Shown here: piece by piece, positions 38,111-50,624 of the stretch
How the letters are laid out: the number at the start of each line of letters is the position of its first letter
Position numbering within the stretch: position 1 is the first letter of the stretch
NCBI RefSeq assembly: GCF_006345805.1
Contig: NC_043015.1
Coordinates: 46,686,001 to 46,750,000, forward strand
Direction: 5' to 3'
From: Octopus sinensis
Taxonomy: Eukaryota
Length of the DNA stretch: 64,000 nt
Notes under the pieces: model-generated
Told to the model about the DNA's origin: nothing
Databases searched by the model: none
Seen by the model: only the letters and a program-made list of their open reading frames with translations
Program-made: the position numbers and the translations under genes

Positions 38111-39034
38111 AAGTGGGAAAGGGTGTCAAAATTTTCCATAGTCAATTATTCTGCAAAAAAAAAAAAAAAAATAAAGCAAAAATGGTTATTGCTTTTAAGA
38201 AATAAATGACCAACAAGAAAAGTAAAAAAAAAATGTGTAAAATTAGCAGTTGAAAATTGTGATCAAATATCTATTTCTTTATTACCCACAAGGGGCTAAA
38301 TACAGAGCGGACAAACAAAGACAGACAGAGGGATTAAGTCGATTACATCGACCCCAGTGCATAACTGGTATTTAATTTATCGACCCCGAAAGAATGAAAG
38401 GCAAAGTCGACCTCAGCGGAATTTGAACTCACAACGTAACGGCAGACGAAATACCGCTGAGCATTTCGCCCGGCGTGCTAATGATTCTGCCAGCTCGCCG
38501 CCTCAGCCCAAATACCATCTGCACCTTGTGTGTGGCCTAAACTAACATAGAAAGGCCACCCATTGGGTATTAAACGTGACTCTGTAGCTTTTACTAGTTT
38601 TTGTAGTTGAATATACTATGTTGCAGCAGTGTACCTCAGTTAGTATTTCAGAAATGCTTGTACTATCACTAGAGGATACTATATTATCATGTCTGTGTTT
38701 ATAAAGTTACAGGATTTTACTATTGTCACTATCAGTGCAGTTAATTTACTTTTTTATGACACTGCTTGTCATCCTACTTTTATATATATTTCTTTATTGC
38801 CCAGAAGGGGCTAAACATAGAGGGGACAAACAAGTACAGACAAACGGATTAAGTCGATTACATCGACCCCAGTGTGTCACTGGTACTTAATTTATCGACC
38901 CCGAAAGGATGAAAGGTAAAGTCGACCTTGGCGGAATTTGAACTCAGAACGCAGTGGCAAACAAAATACTGCAAAGCATTTCGCCCGGCGTGCTAACGTT
39001 TCTGCCAGCTCATTGCCTTTCTTCTTTTTTTGGC

Positions 39035-39280
39035 GAATGCCCCGGGGAGAACTTGCTGGGTCTTGATGGTCTGCCTTACGAATTTTACAAAAGTATGCCA
39101 GACTTGTTCAGACACCTGCTGGCCAGCGTCTACGCCAATTGGCAGCAGAATGGGAGAATTCCCAAGTCTGCAAGCCAGAGGGTGGTGGCGTTGATCAGTA
39201 AGGACCCGAGCAAGGGGGACGAGATAGGGAACTTCAGGCCCATAACTCTGCTGAACACAGAGTTAAAGATTTTGGCCAAC
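39035..39280 (+). mobile_element. L1/Tx1-clade LINE RT fragment
   Basis: GLDGLPYEFY..WQQNGRIP..LISKDPSKG..NFRPITLLNTELKILA. Confidence 0.8.
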
Positions 39281-39824
39281 CTACTTTTATACAATCTCCA
39301 ACAATATCACCTACAATCACAACCTTGAGAATGCTTGACTTTTTACCCCAACTCTCATCAAAAAGGTTACTTAACACTAACTTAAAGGATTATTTTCCAA
39401 TTGTGGTTTTAAAATGTCTTTTCAGGTGTATGCATTCAGTTTTATTTCAAGAGTTCTTGCCAATAAAGAGCTGGTTTCTAAACTAGATCCAAGGCTCCTT
39501 CATTGGATTTTCAGCATCAACAGGGTATTTTTGTATATATAAAGAAGAGTATTGTAGTTTGTTTGAAGCATTGTGTATTGTTTGTAAAGAACAAAAAGTT
39601 TTGAATGGTACAACAATGCACTATAATACAGACCATGGGCTATATACCTGTTGTAATTTAGTAATCTATAGTCTGATATGGTATTTCGGAATAATATTCC
39701 TTCTTCAGATATTATTAGATGGAGTCGCTGCTATAATCAGTTTTCTAACAGCTTGTTTATATACAGATCTGTATGTATTGTCAAGCATATAGTTACATGT
39801 CTCGACATGCTCGTATATACTTAA

Positions 39825-40044
39825 CCCTTTCGTTACTAACCCGGCTGAAACCAGCTCTGGCCCTGTAGTACAAATGTCTTGTTTTCATAAGTTTTGAATT
39901 AATATCTTCCACCAAACCTTAGTCACAATTTATATTCCTAACACTAGCTTAATGATAACCAAATTATTTTACTAAATTCTTTGTTATATTTAAAATTAAT
40001 TGAAAGAAACAGAGCATCTCAACGGAAATACGGTAACGAAAGGG
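39825..40044. mobile_element. piggyBac-type MITE
   Basis: TTAA|CCCTTTCGTTAC...GTAACGAAAGGG|TTAA. Confidence 0.88.
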
Positions 40045-40069
40045 TTAAATGATAAACTTCTGGAAAGTT

Positions 40070-40910
40070 TTACAGATTTTTACATTTCCAGTGATGGCTT
40101 GGATCTGTAGTTTTCGAATCAGCTTCCTTCCTTTCTGATTTTGAGAAGCTTAATTTCTCAGGATTGGTATTTAGGCAGTGTGTTACATATCCCAGTGCTC
40201 CAATAATTACAACTATAAACCTGAACTCGTAATCTGGATAGAGTAACTGTAGATTTCTCAATAGTTTAGCATAAGTATTTTCTTGTTTGTTGATCTTTAG
40301 CTTTATGTTAACACATCTGCTGGCCAGCTGATTTCCACAGCTGTAACCCAGTTTCTCTTCTCTATCCCAAATTGTTATATTAGGTCTATTGTGTTTACAT
40401 TTTATCAACGTTTTCACTGGAACATTCCACTAGTACTCCTTTTTAGTATGAGTGGCTATGGCTTCTTATTATTATGGGTTCTTATTTCTATGTCCGCGGG
40501 GTTATCCTTTTGACGGATCTTGTTACACAGTGTCCTAGTTACAGCATCACGTCTTATCGGTAAATGATACCGTGATAACATTTTCGGTAAATGATACCGT
40601 GATAACATTTTCGAACAACTGCAGGTGGCACACAAAAAGCACCCACTACACTCTCGGAGTGGTTGGCGTTAGGAAGGGCATCCAGCTGTAGAAACACTGC
40701 CAGATCAGACTGGGTCTGGCGCAGCCTTCTGGCTTCCGAGACCCCAGTTGAACCGTCCAACCCATGCTAGTATGGAAAACGGACGTTAAACGATGATGAT
40801 GATGATGATGATGCTTATGATGTGGGTGATATCTTCGGGGTTAACTCTACAAAGTCTGCATCGGTTGTCATATTTTACTGCTTTTCCTGCATCTATGTCC
40901 TTTTTGTGTA
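40070..40910 (-). mobile_element. C-terminal CCHC + restriction-like endonuclease fragment of an RLE-type LINE, interrupted by family D (40615-40812)
   Basis: DNRCRLCRVNPEDITHIIS; HNRPNITIWDREEK..ENTYAKLLRNLQLLYPDYEFRFIVVIIGALG. Confidence 0.78.
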
Positions 40911-40914
40911 CATA

Positions 40915-41222
40915 TGTATGTATGTTGGTTGGTTCTTCTCGAGCCATGCCTGGCTCATAAAGGCCGGTTTCCCGGTTTCTTGGCATATAGGTTCCCCACC
41001 TGGACGGGACGCAAGTCCGTCGCAGGTGAGCTGCAAGATGCAGGAGAAGAGAGAAAGTTGTGGCGAAAGAATCAGCAGAAGTTTCGCCATTACCTTCTAC
41101 CAGAGCTGCGTGGAGCTTAGGTGTTTCGCTCATAAACACACACATCGCCCGGTCTGAGATTCGAACCCGCGATCCCTCGACCGCGAGTCCGCCGCTCTAA
41201 CCACTAGGCTATGTGCCTCCAC
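40915..41222 (-). mobile_element. tRNA(Arg)-like-headed SINE with V-SINE-like core
   Basis: Same head type as family C; contains CCTGCGACGGACTTGCGTCCCGTCCAGG, which resembles the V-SINE domain as I recall it. Confidence 0.6.
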
Positions 41223-41253
41223 ATGTATGTATGTGTGTGTAAGTATGTATGTG

Positions 41254-41640
41254 TGGAGGTGCAATGGCCCAGTGGTTTGGACAGAGGACTCGCGGTCGTA
41301 GGATCGTGGTTTCGATTCCCAGACCGGGCGTTTTGAGTGTTTATTGAGCGAAAACACCTAAAGATCCACGAGGCTCCGGCAGGGGATGGTGGTGATCCCT
41401 GCTGTACTCTTTCACCACAACTTTCTCTCACTCTTACTTCCTGTTTCTGTTGTACCTGTATTTCAAAGGGCCAGCCTTGTCACTCTCTGTGTCACGCTGA
41501 ATATCCCCGAGAACTACGTTAAGGGTACACGTGTCTGTGGAGTGCTCAGCCACTTACACGTTAATTTCACGAGCAGGCTGTTCCGTTGATCGGATCAACC
41601 GGAACCCTCATCGTCGTAACCGACGGAGTGCTTCCATCCA
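41254..41640 (+). mobile_element. SINE family C
   Basis: Matches 31117-31497. Confidence 0.9.
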
Positions 41641-41648
41641 TGTATGTA

Positions 41649-41694
<46 letters not shown>

Positions 41695-42052
41695 GTAAAT
41701 AAGAGAAAAAAAGGGTAAAAACATGTTTATATTATAGTTCCTACGTGCGTTTCACTATTATGGTTGTTAGGAGGCCCTGCAGTAGGTATTCCTATCTGTA
41801 ATCCATAATTAGTTGCACTGTTCAATGTACACAGGAAACAGACTGGATTAATGTCTATGTAGAACTCTAAACATAACAGTAACATCTGTTTGCACACAGT
41901 GTGTGTGTACGCGCGTGTGTCTGTGTGTGTGTGCGTGTGTGTATGTGCGTGTGTCTGTGTGTGTGTGCGTGTGTGTGTATGTGCGTGTGTCTGTGTGTGT
42001 GTGCGTGTGTACACCAACCAACCGACCGCAGTCGTCTCTGTCGGATCAGTAT

Positions 42053-42054
<2 letters not shown>

Positions 42055-42099
<45 letters not shown>

Positions 42100-42313
42100 G
42101 CCAATCTGACAGTAGTTGTGTGGTGGTGGCGCTGGTGGTGTCGGTTTGTTTACATTCTTATCGGTCTCTATGGTAGCTTATGGATGGTTTTTTCAATATA
42201 ATCGGAAAGACGGACTATCATAGCAGGAATCGGGATGTCGATTGCTGTCTGTCACAGCCGTTTTCCAGGCCTGTTGCCTTCGTCGTCCAGCTGCGAAGTA
42301 GCTTAACCTAAGG
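42055..42313 (+). promoter_or_regulatory. Candidate promoter / non-coding first exon of the PH-domain gene
   Basis: (GA)n tract, then unique CpG-containing sequence ending in donor-like AGG|GTGAGA (42313|42314), 4.3 kb upstream of the ATG exon. Confidence 0.3.
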
Positions 42314-42328
42314 GTGAGATTCGACTTA

Positions 42329-42383
<55 letters not shown>

Positions 42384-42924
42384 AAAATCCTTCATGTAGA
42401 GCTGATTGAAGGATCTCGGGCGTTTTCGTAGTACCGGAGTATATCTTGATTTAAATGCAGAGACCAAATGATGTGGGAATGCTCACATCTTCTATAATAG
42501 CTTGCAGATGTGATGATAAATTGCAGATACCAACATTTGGTGGTCGTGTTTAGCAATGTCAGTCATTAATTATTACATAAGCGAAAATCCCACGCTTTTT
42601 GCAGTGTATTTTTATAGAATTCAGTACGAGTGGCGCTATTTTGATGAGTAAAAAGGATGTTTCGTTTATTTGTAACACAAGAAGAAGGAAAATGCATCGT
42701 CTACTTACTGATCTAGGCTTCGTTTAGGTCGGCATATTGCAGAGGTGGATGTTAAAAAGCACATTTTTGACGTTTCTCTCTTTCTCTCTCAACGCTTGGC
42801 TTCGCTGAAGGCGCGCGCGCGTGTATGTATGTGTATCCTGTCTGTACGTGTGTGTGTATGTGTATATATGTTCTCTTATTTTCAATTATTTGAAATTTGT
42901 AAGGAACTGTTTCTAACAAAGATA

Positions 42925-43320
42925 CGGGAGCTTTTCCTTTTGAACGGCATATGTCAACACAATTTCTAGTTAACTAAACACTTTTAAACTTCGTATACTG
43001 GTAGAATGTGTTTATAAAACATCATTTTTTCTTGGCTTTATTGAGAAAATTCTATAGTTTGTAAGATATTTCCACTTTAAAATCGAGCATTTCGGCAATT
43101 TTAACCAATCGCTGACCTCCATTTGGGGTGAAAACATTCCGTCCTGTATGAATATGTCCCTCGTTTAAGAAACAGATTGGGTTTATTTACATTTGCGAAG
43201 AAAAAACAGATACCCTACTCCTAACTCTAACCCTAAAACAGATTGAAATGCAATAGATCGATTCTAGGGTCATAATTATGGGTGACAATTTCATACGACA
43301 CCGCTGCGGAAAATGGGATT
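42925..43320 (+). mobile_element. MITE family M, diverged copy
   Basis: Family internal sequence with degenerate ends. Confidence 0.8.
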
Positions 43321-44919
43321 TTTTTCTAGATACGATATATGTATGCATGCATGCGCGCGCATACTGTAAATCCTTGAGTATAGTTCGCCCTTGAGTATAA
43401 TACGCAGGGAATTTTTGGTGGGGCTGTATCTCTGAAAAACCTAAACCTTGTGTATAATATGCACCCCTTCTCCAACTTGAGTCAAGGAGGTCTATATAAC
43501 ATCCTTGGTTTGTAAAACTGTATACAGTAACATCCTTTATTATTATTGTATATATAACATAATGCAAACATGTAGCTTTTTTGTGCATTTTGTTTGCAGA
43601 AAATAAAGCAATAACAGTAATAACGTTTAATAAATATTGCTTACTGCAAGTTATGGATGATTCTTTTATGCCTTCATTGCTTTCAGGCTTAGCTTAAGGT
43701 ATTTTTGCGCCCGACATCACAAAATGCATCTGAATAAACATTGCCGGACAGCAAATAGGGACTCGGACATTGCTTAGAAAATATTTTTAACCTCGTAGAT
43801 ATATTTCTTCATTGTCCACAGGGGGCTAAACATAGAGGGGGCAAGGACAGACAAAGAGGTAGATAGATAGATGAAAATAACACGAAGCAACAAAAATAGG
43901 GAGCATTCCATCTAGCCTTAATGATTTAATCCATTGTTGGAAAATAAATTGTCTTTCCTTCTCCCATAAACAAAAGGTGAACAAAACAATACCGAGAATC
44001 ACATTGTTAGCTCAGCTATCATAATAAACACCTTTATCACTAACCATCATCATCATTTCATCATCACCACTGTCATTATCATCATCAACAACAACACTAT
44101 TGGCAATATTAGCAGCAGCAAGTTTATCAGCCTCATCACCACTATTGTGTTCATCTTAATACCACCACCAGCACCACCTCTGCCACCACAATTGCTAATC
44201 TCCTTATCAACTCTTTCATTATCTCCATCCGTCATCATAACTGCCATCATTGTCAGCGCTATCATCACCATTATCATTATCATACATCTTCCACCTCATT
44301 TAATACAGACTCGACAGAACTACCTTTGACACTTGTACAATTCATTCACAAGTTACAAGTTACTCCAGGAATATTTATCTTTCACCAACTGTCTGTCTGT
44401 CTGTCAGTTCTGGTCTTGTTGGTTCCATTTGCTTCAGTGATTGTCCAGTGAAGTTACCATTCTCATAATATAAAATATTTTACACATACAACAACAGCAG
44501 CAACAAGCCGGGGAGGTGGTTTATGTTGTCAGGTTCAATATTTAACCCTCATATCAGTATAGTAGACTTATGATTAAAGGTGAGTAGTTTGCTGTTCATT
44601 TCCAACTGTGGCTTATCTTTTTGTACATCATAATAGAGTAAGCTAAGTTTACTGGTGTAAATATTGTTTTTTTTATGAATTTGTCCCAAACAAGGCTCAA
44701 GTCTCTGTAGTAAGAGACCATAAAAAAGATTTTAAAAAAAAGTGGGGAGTCTATAGGCACAGGCATGGCTGTATGGTAATAAGCTTGCTTCCTAACCACA
44801 TGGTTCCGGGTTCAGTCCCACAGCATCGCACCTTGGGCAAGTATCTTCTACTATAGCTTCAGGCTGACCAGAGCCTTCTGAGTGGATTTTGTGGGCCAAA
44901 ACTGACTGAAAGACGATTG

Positions 44920-44950
<31 letters not shown>

Positions 44951-45129
44951 AGTGTGTGTTTGTTCCTTCACCACCACTTGACAACTGGTGTTGGTGTGTT
45001 TGTGTTCCCATAACTTAGCAGTTTGGCAAAAGTGACTAATAGAATAAGTACCAGGTTTAAAAAATCAGTACTGGGATCAATTCATTCGACTAAAAATTCA
45101 AGACAGATGACACATATAAAGGTTTTGAC

Positions 45130-45430
45130 ATGAGTCTAGAGCTCAGCTGGCTCCAGCTGACAGTACCCAGTATGGGCCCCTATCCAGGGTTACGGAAAGG
45201 AGACAACCTTCAAAGAAATCCGAAGTGGAGCCCCGTAGGTGGTTTAGTGTTCAACTCAACACTCTTCTGGCAGCTCCTGCAACCAAGCTGGTGCCAAATG
45301 AAATGCTCTGCACTCCTTTGGACTACGTCAGCAAGGTCGAGAGAGGAATCCTGATGATTGGGCTACCTAGGATTTTCTTACATCTAGCCCAGGCCTGCGC
45401 AAAACTGGAGAAGAAACTGGAGAGGGCATG
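45130..45430 (+). mobile_element. Possible RTE-type LINE 5' region
   Basis: GC-richer block GGGCCCCTATCCAGGGTTACGGAAAGG... resembling RTE 5' UTRs as I recall them; no protein motif. Confidence 0.3.
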
Positions 45431-45489
45431 AAATGTAAAAACCAGACTGGATTAGTTTATGCACAACTCCATTGTCTCCTGAGACAAAA

Positions 45490-45850
45490 GGATGCCAACA
45501 AGTGTCTAGTATATGCAACTGAGGTACCAACTTCCCTTCTCTTTACAATTTCTGAATCTGGTTGAGATAATCTTGCACAGAGACCCAAGATTTATTAAGT
45601 CACTGGGATAAGTCCTTGATATTTTGATGCAAATCCTCTTCAATTGCTGTTTTCACTGTGCCATCATTGAGAACAGTTGGTCTTTCTGATCAACACCTAT
45701 CCAGAAGACTGAAATCTTCGTTTCTGAATTTGTTAAACTACCTTCAGCATTTCCAAACATTCGCACCATCAGGATATACAATACATGTTGCTTTGATGCC
45801 CTTACAAAATTCATAAAGCATGCAATGTTGAATATACGTCTCACTAAAGT
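45490..45850 (-). pseudogene. Mariner (DD34D-type) transposase N-terminal fragment
   Basis: HCMLYEF..KFRNEDFSL..RPTVLND..KTAIEEDLHQNIKDLSQ..REGKLVP, with stops and frameshifts. Confidence 0.7.
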
Positions 45851-46064
45851 CCTTGTCTTCTACGAGCTATCAGATGGAGCATATATGTGTACAGTGTATG
45901 TCCATATTAACATTTGGTCATTAACTCTATGTTGATGGTTGATTGCAAGGACACTTTTTATTGGCTTGTAAACTATTTGTGATATGATGGTCAGTCTATT
46001 TGCTTGAAAATACCCCATTACTTTTCAGTATCCTTAATATAATATCTATAATCTAGAAATTGTG

Positions 46065-46555
46065 GCGGCGCAATGGCCCAGTGGTTTGGGCAGCGGACTC
46101 GTGGTCATAGGATCGTGGTTTCGATTCCCAGACCAGGCATTGTGAGTGTTTATTGAGCGAAAACACCTAAAGCTCCACGAGGCTCCGGCAGGGGGTGGTG
46201 GTGAACCCTGCTGTACTCTTTCACCACAACTTTCTCTCACTCTATCTTTCTGTTTCTGCTGTACCTGTATTTCAAAGGGCCAGCCTTGTCACACTGAATC
46301 TCCTTGAGAACTACGTTATGGGTACACGTGTCTGTGGAGTGCTCAGCCACTTGCACGTTAATAAATGAGCTGCGACGTCACAGGTGCCAAGCTGTATCAG
46401 CCTTTGCCTTTCTCTTGGATAACATCAGTGGTGTGGAGAGAGGAGGTTGGTATGCGTGGGCGACTGCTGGTCTTCCATAAACAACCTTGCCCAGACTTGT
46501 GCCTCGGAAGGTAACTTTCTAGGTGCAATCCCATGGTCATTCATGACCAAACGGG
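46065..46555 (+). mobile_element. Chimeric SINE: family C head/body plus tail of the 28205-28565 family
   Basis: Switch near 46362 from CACTTGCACGTTAAT to AAATGAGCTGCGACGTCACAGGTGCC. Confidence 0.75.
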
Positions 46556-46683
46556 ATCACAACAACAATCTAAAAACTAAAACGTTAAAATTTTTGTATT
46601 AAGGTTAATTTAATGCATTTATTTATTTATTTATTACAGGTGTACACATTCACTGACTTGTCTATTGAAAAATCTACTTCAAA

Positions 46684-46726
46684 ATGGACTATGACATAAT
46701 GAAAGCAGGCTGGATGCATCGGCAGA
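46684..46726 (+). CDS. PLEKHB2: PH-domain protein, evectin/PLEKHB family, first coding exon (MDYDIMKAGWMHRQ-S)
   Basis: Acceptor TTACAG|46640, ATG in AAAATGG context, donor A|GTAAGA (phase 1); matches vertebrate evectin-2 MAFVKSGWLLRQS as recalled. Confidence 0.85.
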
Positions 46727-46774
46727 GTAAGAGTTAATTTATTTAATTTTGCACGCGCACACACACACACATTC

Positions 46775-47090
46775 TCTCTACCTCCTCCTTCTTTCTACCT
46801 CCTCCTTCTCTCTGCCTCCTCCCTCTCTCCGCCTCCTCCTTCTCTCCGCCTCCTCCCTCTCTCTGCCTCCTCCCTCTCTCTCTGCCTCCCCATCTCTCTG
46901 CCTCCTCCCTCTTTCCACCTCCTCCCTTTCTCCGCCTCCTCCCTCTCTTTACCTCCTCCCTAACTCTACCTCCTCTCTCTTTCTACCTCCCCCTCCCATC
47001 ACCTCCTCCCTCCCTCTCTCTACCGCCTCCCTCTCTCTACCTCCTCCCTCTCTCTGCCTCCTCCCCCTATCTACCGCCTTCTCTCTCTCT
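46775..47090. repeat. Polypyrimidine (CT/CCT)n low-complexity tract
   Basis: Direct inspection. Confidence 0.9.
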
Positions 47091-47415
47091 CACACACCCT
47101 CACTCACCCACTCACTTCAGAAAGTGGGAACTCAAAATATAGTCGCAGAGTATGAATTTTTAATTTAATCAAGATTGAATTTCATGATTGAAAAGTTGCT
47201 CGTTAGCAATCCAGGTTAACCATGATAAGCACCAATATTCTATTGCAACTTGTAAAAAAATAAACTTTGCATTTTTGAACTTGCTTATTCAAGTAGATTA
47301 GCAGCGTACAAAGTGCAATAACGATTAATAACGCTTTATTATCGTTGTAAGAATGTTCAACAGTGCAAACATTGAATCAGATATGTAATTGATGTTTTTG
47401 TTATTGTGTAGTACC

Positions 47416-48730
47416 AAGTCAGCTCTGATCAACTGAGTAGATCAATGGTCAAACGCCTTGCTAGCTCGTCCCACTTGATCAGCTCTGATGTTGTACATCT
47501 ATAATGAAAGACATTCCAGGCATGACCACCGTGTCTTTTTTAGCACCGAGTCTGCTCTGATCAACTGAGTAGACCAATGGTCAAACGCCTTGCTAGCTCG
47601 TCCCACTTGATCAGCTCTGATGTTGTACATCTATAATGAAAGACATTCCAGGCATGACCACCGTGTCTTTTTTAGCACCGAGTCTGCTCTGATCAACTGA
47701 GTAGACCAATGGTCAAACGCCTTGCTAGCTCGTCCCACTTGATCAGCTCTGATGTTGTACATCTATAATGAAAGACATTCCAGGCATGACCACCGTGTCT
47801 TTTTTAGCACCGAGTCTGCTCTGATCAACTGAGTAGACCAATGGTCAAACGTCTTGCTAGCTCGTCCCACTTGATCAGCTCTGATGTTGTACATCTATAA
47901 TGAAAGACATTCCAGGCATGACCACCATGTCTTTTTTAGCCCCAAGTCTGCTCTGATCAAGTGAGCAGACCTATGATAAAACATATTGCAACTGTGACGT
48001 TGTTGTTGTTGTCAGTTGCTTCCACTTGATCAGCTCTGATGTTGTACATCTATAATGAAAGACATTCCAGGCATGACCACCGTGTCTTTTTTAGCACCGA
48101 GTCTGCTCTGATCAACTGAGTAGACCAATGGTCAAACGCTTGCTAGCTCGTCCCACTTGATCAGCTCTGATGTTGTACATCTATAATAAAAGACATTCCA
48201 GGCATGACCACCGTGTCTTTTTTAGCACCGAGTCTGCTCTGATCAACTGAGTAGACCAATGGTCAACGCCTTGCTAGCTCGTCCCACTTGATCAGCTCTG
48301 ATGTTGTACATCTATAATGAAAGACATTCCAGGCATGACCACCGTGTCTATTTTAGCACCGAGTCTGCTCTGATCAACTGAGTAGACCAATGGTCAAACG
48401 CCTTGCTAGCTCGTCCCACTTGATCAGCTCTGATGTTGTACATCTATAATGAAAGACATTCCAGGCATGACCACCATGTCTATTTTAGCACCGAGTCTGC
48501 TCTGATCAACTGAGTAGACCATGGTCAAACGCTTGCTAGCTCGTCCCTTGATCAGCTCTGATGTTGTACATCTATAATGAAAGACATTCCAGGCATGACC
48601 ACCATGTCTTTTTTAGCCCCAAGTCTGCTCTGATCAAGTGAGCAGACCTATGATAAAACATATTGCAACTGTGACGTTGTTGTTGTTGTCAGTTGCTTCC
48701 ACTTGATCAGCTCTGATGTTGTACATCTTT
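47416..48730. repeat. 132-bp tandem array with higher-order (A4-B)x2 structure
   Basis: GTAGA(C/T)CAATGG marker at 47437, 47569, 47701, 47833, then 48120, 48251, 48382, 48514; 155-bp variant unit at 47965 and 48642. Confidence 0.93.
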
Positions 48731-48882
48731 AATGACATTCCAACTGTGGTCATCCTGTCTTGTTTAGTCTCCAGTCAACACCGATTAATTAGATTCACCA
48801 CAGTCAAAGATATTCTGGTTGTGACTATCTCATCCTGTTGTTGTTATTGTGTAACCCCTAAATCAATTCTGATCAAACAAGA

Positions 48883-48885
<3 letters not shown>

Positions 48886-48933
<48 letters not shown>

Positions 48934-49132
48934 ATGTTTGTCCCCCCCAACATCGCTTGACAACCGATGCTGGTGTGTTTACATCCCCGTAACTTAGCAG
49001 TTCGGCAAAAGAGACTGATAGAATAAGTACTAGGCTTACAAAGGATAAGTCCTGGGGTCGATTTGCTCGACTAAAGGCGGTACTCCAGCATGGCCACAGT
49101 CAAATGACTGAAACAAGTAAAATAGTAAAATA

Positions 49133-49180
<48 letters not shown>

Positions 49181-49380
49181 ATGTTTGTCCCTCCCAACAT
49201 CGCTTGACAACCGATGCTGGTGTGTTTACGTCTCCGTCACTTAGTGGTTCGGCAAAAGAGACTGATAGAATAAGTACTAGGCTTACAAAGGATAAGTCCT
49301 GGGGTGTATTTGCTCGACTAAAGGCGGTACTCCAGCATGGCCACAGTCAAATGACTGAAACAAGTAAAATAGTAAAATAG

Positions 49381-49426
<46 letters not shown>

Positions 49427-49627
49427 ATGTTTGTCCCTCCCAACATCGCTTGACAACCGATGCTGGTGTGTTTACGTCCCCGTCACTTAGCGGTTCGGCA
49501 AAAGAGACTGATAGAATAAGTACTGGGCTTACAAAGAATAAGTCCTGGGGTGTATTTGCTCGACTAAAGGCGGTGCTCCAGCATGGCCACTGTCAAGTGA
49601 CTGAAAAAAGTAAAATAGTAAAAGAGA
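48886..49627 (+). repeat. Three tandem SINE B 3' arms, each preceded by (TA)n(TG)n
   Basis: Units of about 245 bp starting near 48886, 49135 and 49384. Confidence 0.9.
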
Positions 49628-49947
49628 GAATATCCAGCCATTCATAAGAAAGCAATCAGCGTATTGCTGCTGCAATTTTTAACTTCTTGCATGTGTGAGC
49701 AAGAATTTTCTTGTTTATCAACAAATATTAAGAGCAAAGACAGAACTTGTCTCCTTTTGGCTGATGAAATCCATGTGTGATTATCTAGAGTTTGAGACTG
49801 AATTAAGTATTTGTGTACCGAATTACAAGTACAGATTTTTCATTAGAGAACTAAATTTCATTATCTAAATTAGTTTCAAAAATAGCATTGCTTTGACTCA
49901 TACGACATATTGCTTTGGTTTAGATTATAGTTTTCCAACGTTGTCAA

Positions 49948-50520
49948 TAGTAACTGTGTGGTAAGAAGCTTGCTTTTCACCTAGTGGTTCTGGGTTCAGT
50001 CCCACTGCATGGCACCTTGGGCAAGTGTCTTCCACTATAGACTCAGGTCAACAAAAACCTTGTGATTGGATTTGGTAGACAGAAACTGAATGAAGCATGT
50101 TGTACACACACACACACGCGCGCGCACATCTATATATATCTATAGGTGCAGGAGTGGCTGTGTAGTAAGTAGCTTGCTTACCAACCACATGGTCCCGGTT
50201 CAGTCTCACTTTGTGGCACCTTGGGCAAGTGTCTTCTACTATAGCCTCGGGCTGACCAAAGCCTTGTGAGTGGATTTGGTGGACAGAAACTGAATGAAGC
50301 ATGTTACACACACACACACACACACACACACGTCTTTATATATATCTATAGGTGTAGGAGTTGCTGTGTGGTAAGTAACTTGCTTACGAACCACATGGCT
50401 CCGGGTTCAGTCCCACTGTGATGCACATTGGGCAAGTGTCTTCTACTATAGCCGCAGGCTGACCAAAGCCTTGTGAGTGGATTTGGTAGATGGAAACTGA
50501 AAGAAGCCCGTCGTATATAT
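49948..50520 (+). repeat. Three tandem SINE B 5' arms
   Basis: Head-to-GAAACTGAA units near 49948, 50142 and 50350, separated by (CA)n/(TA)n. Confidence 0.85.
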
Positions 50521-50624
50521 GTGTATGTATATATATATATTATATATATATATATATAATTATTTATAAATGTAAATTATGTAAATAATTTAAAATATCT
50601 TTCAATAAGTGTATATATCAATTT

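Noticed and set aside
44053-44329. Met/Ile-rich ORFs
   Set aside because: Low-complexity CAT/CAC/CAA tract.
47416-48730. CRISPR-like or retrozyme interpretation of the tandem array
   Set aside because: No unique spacers, eukaryotic context, and no CUGANGA/GAAA core in register.
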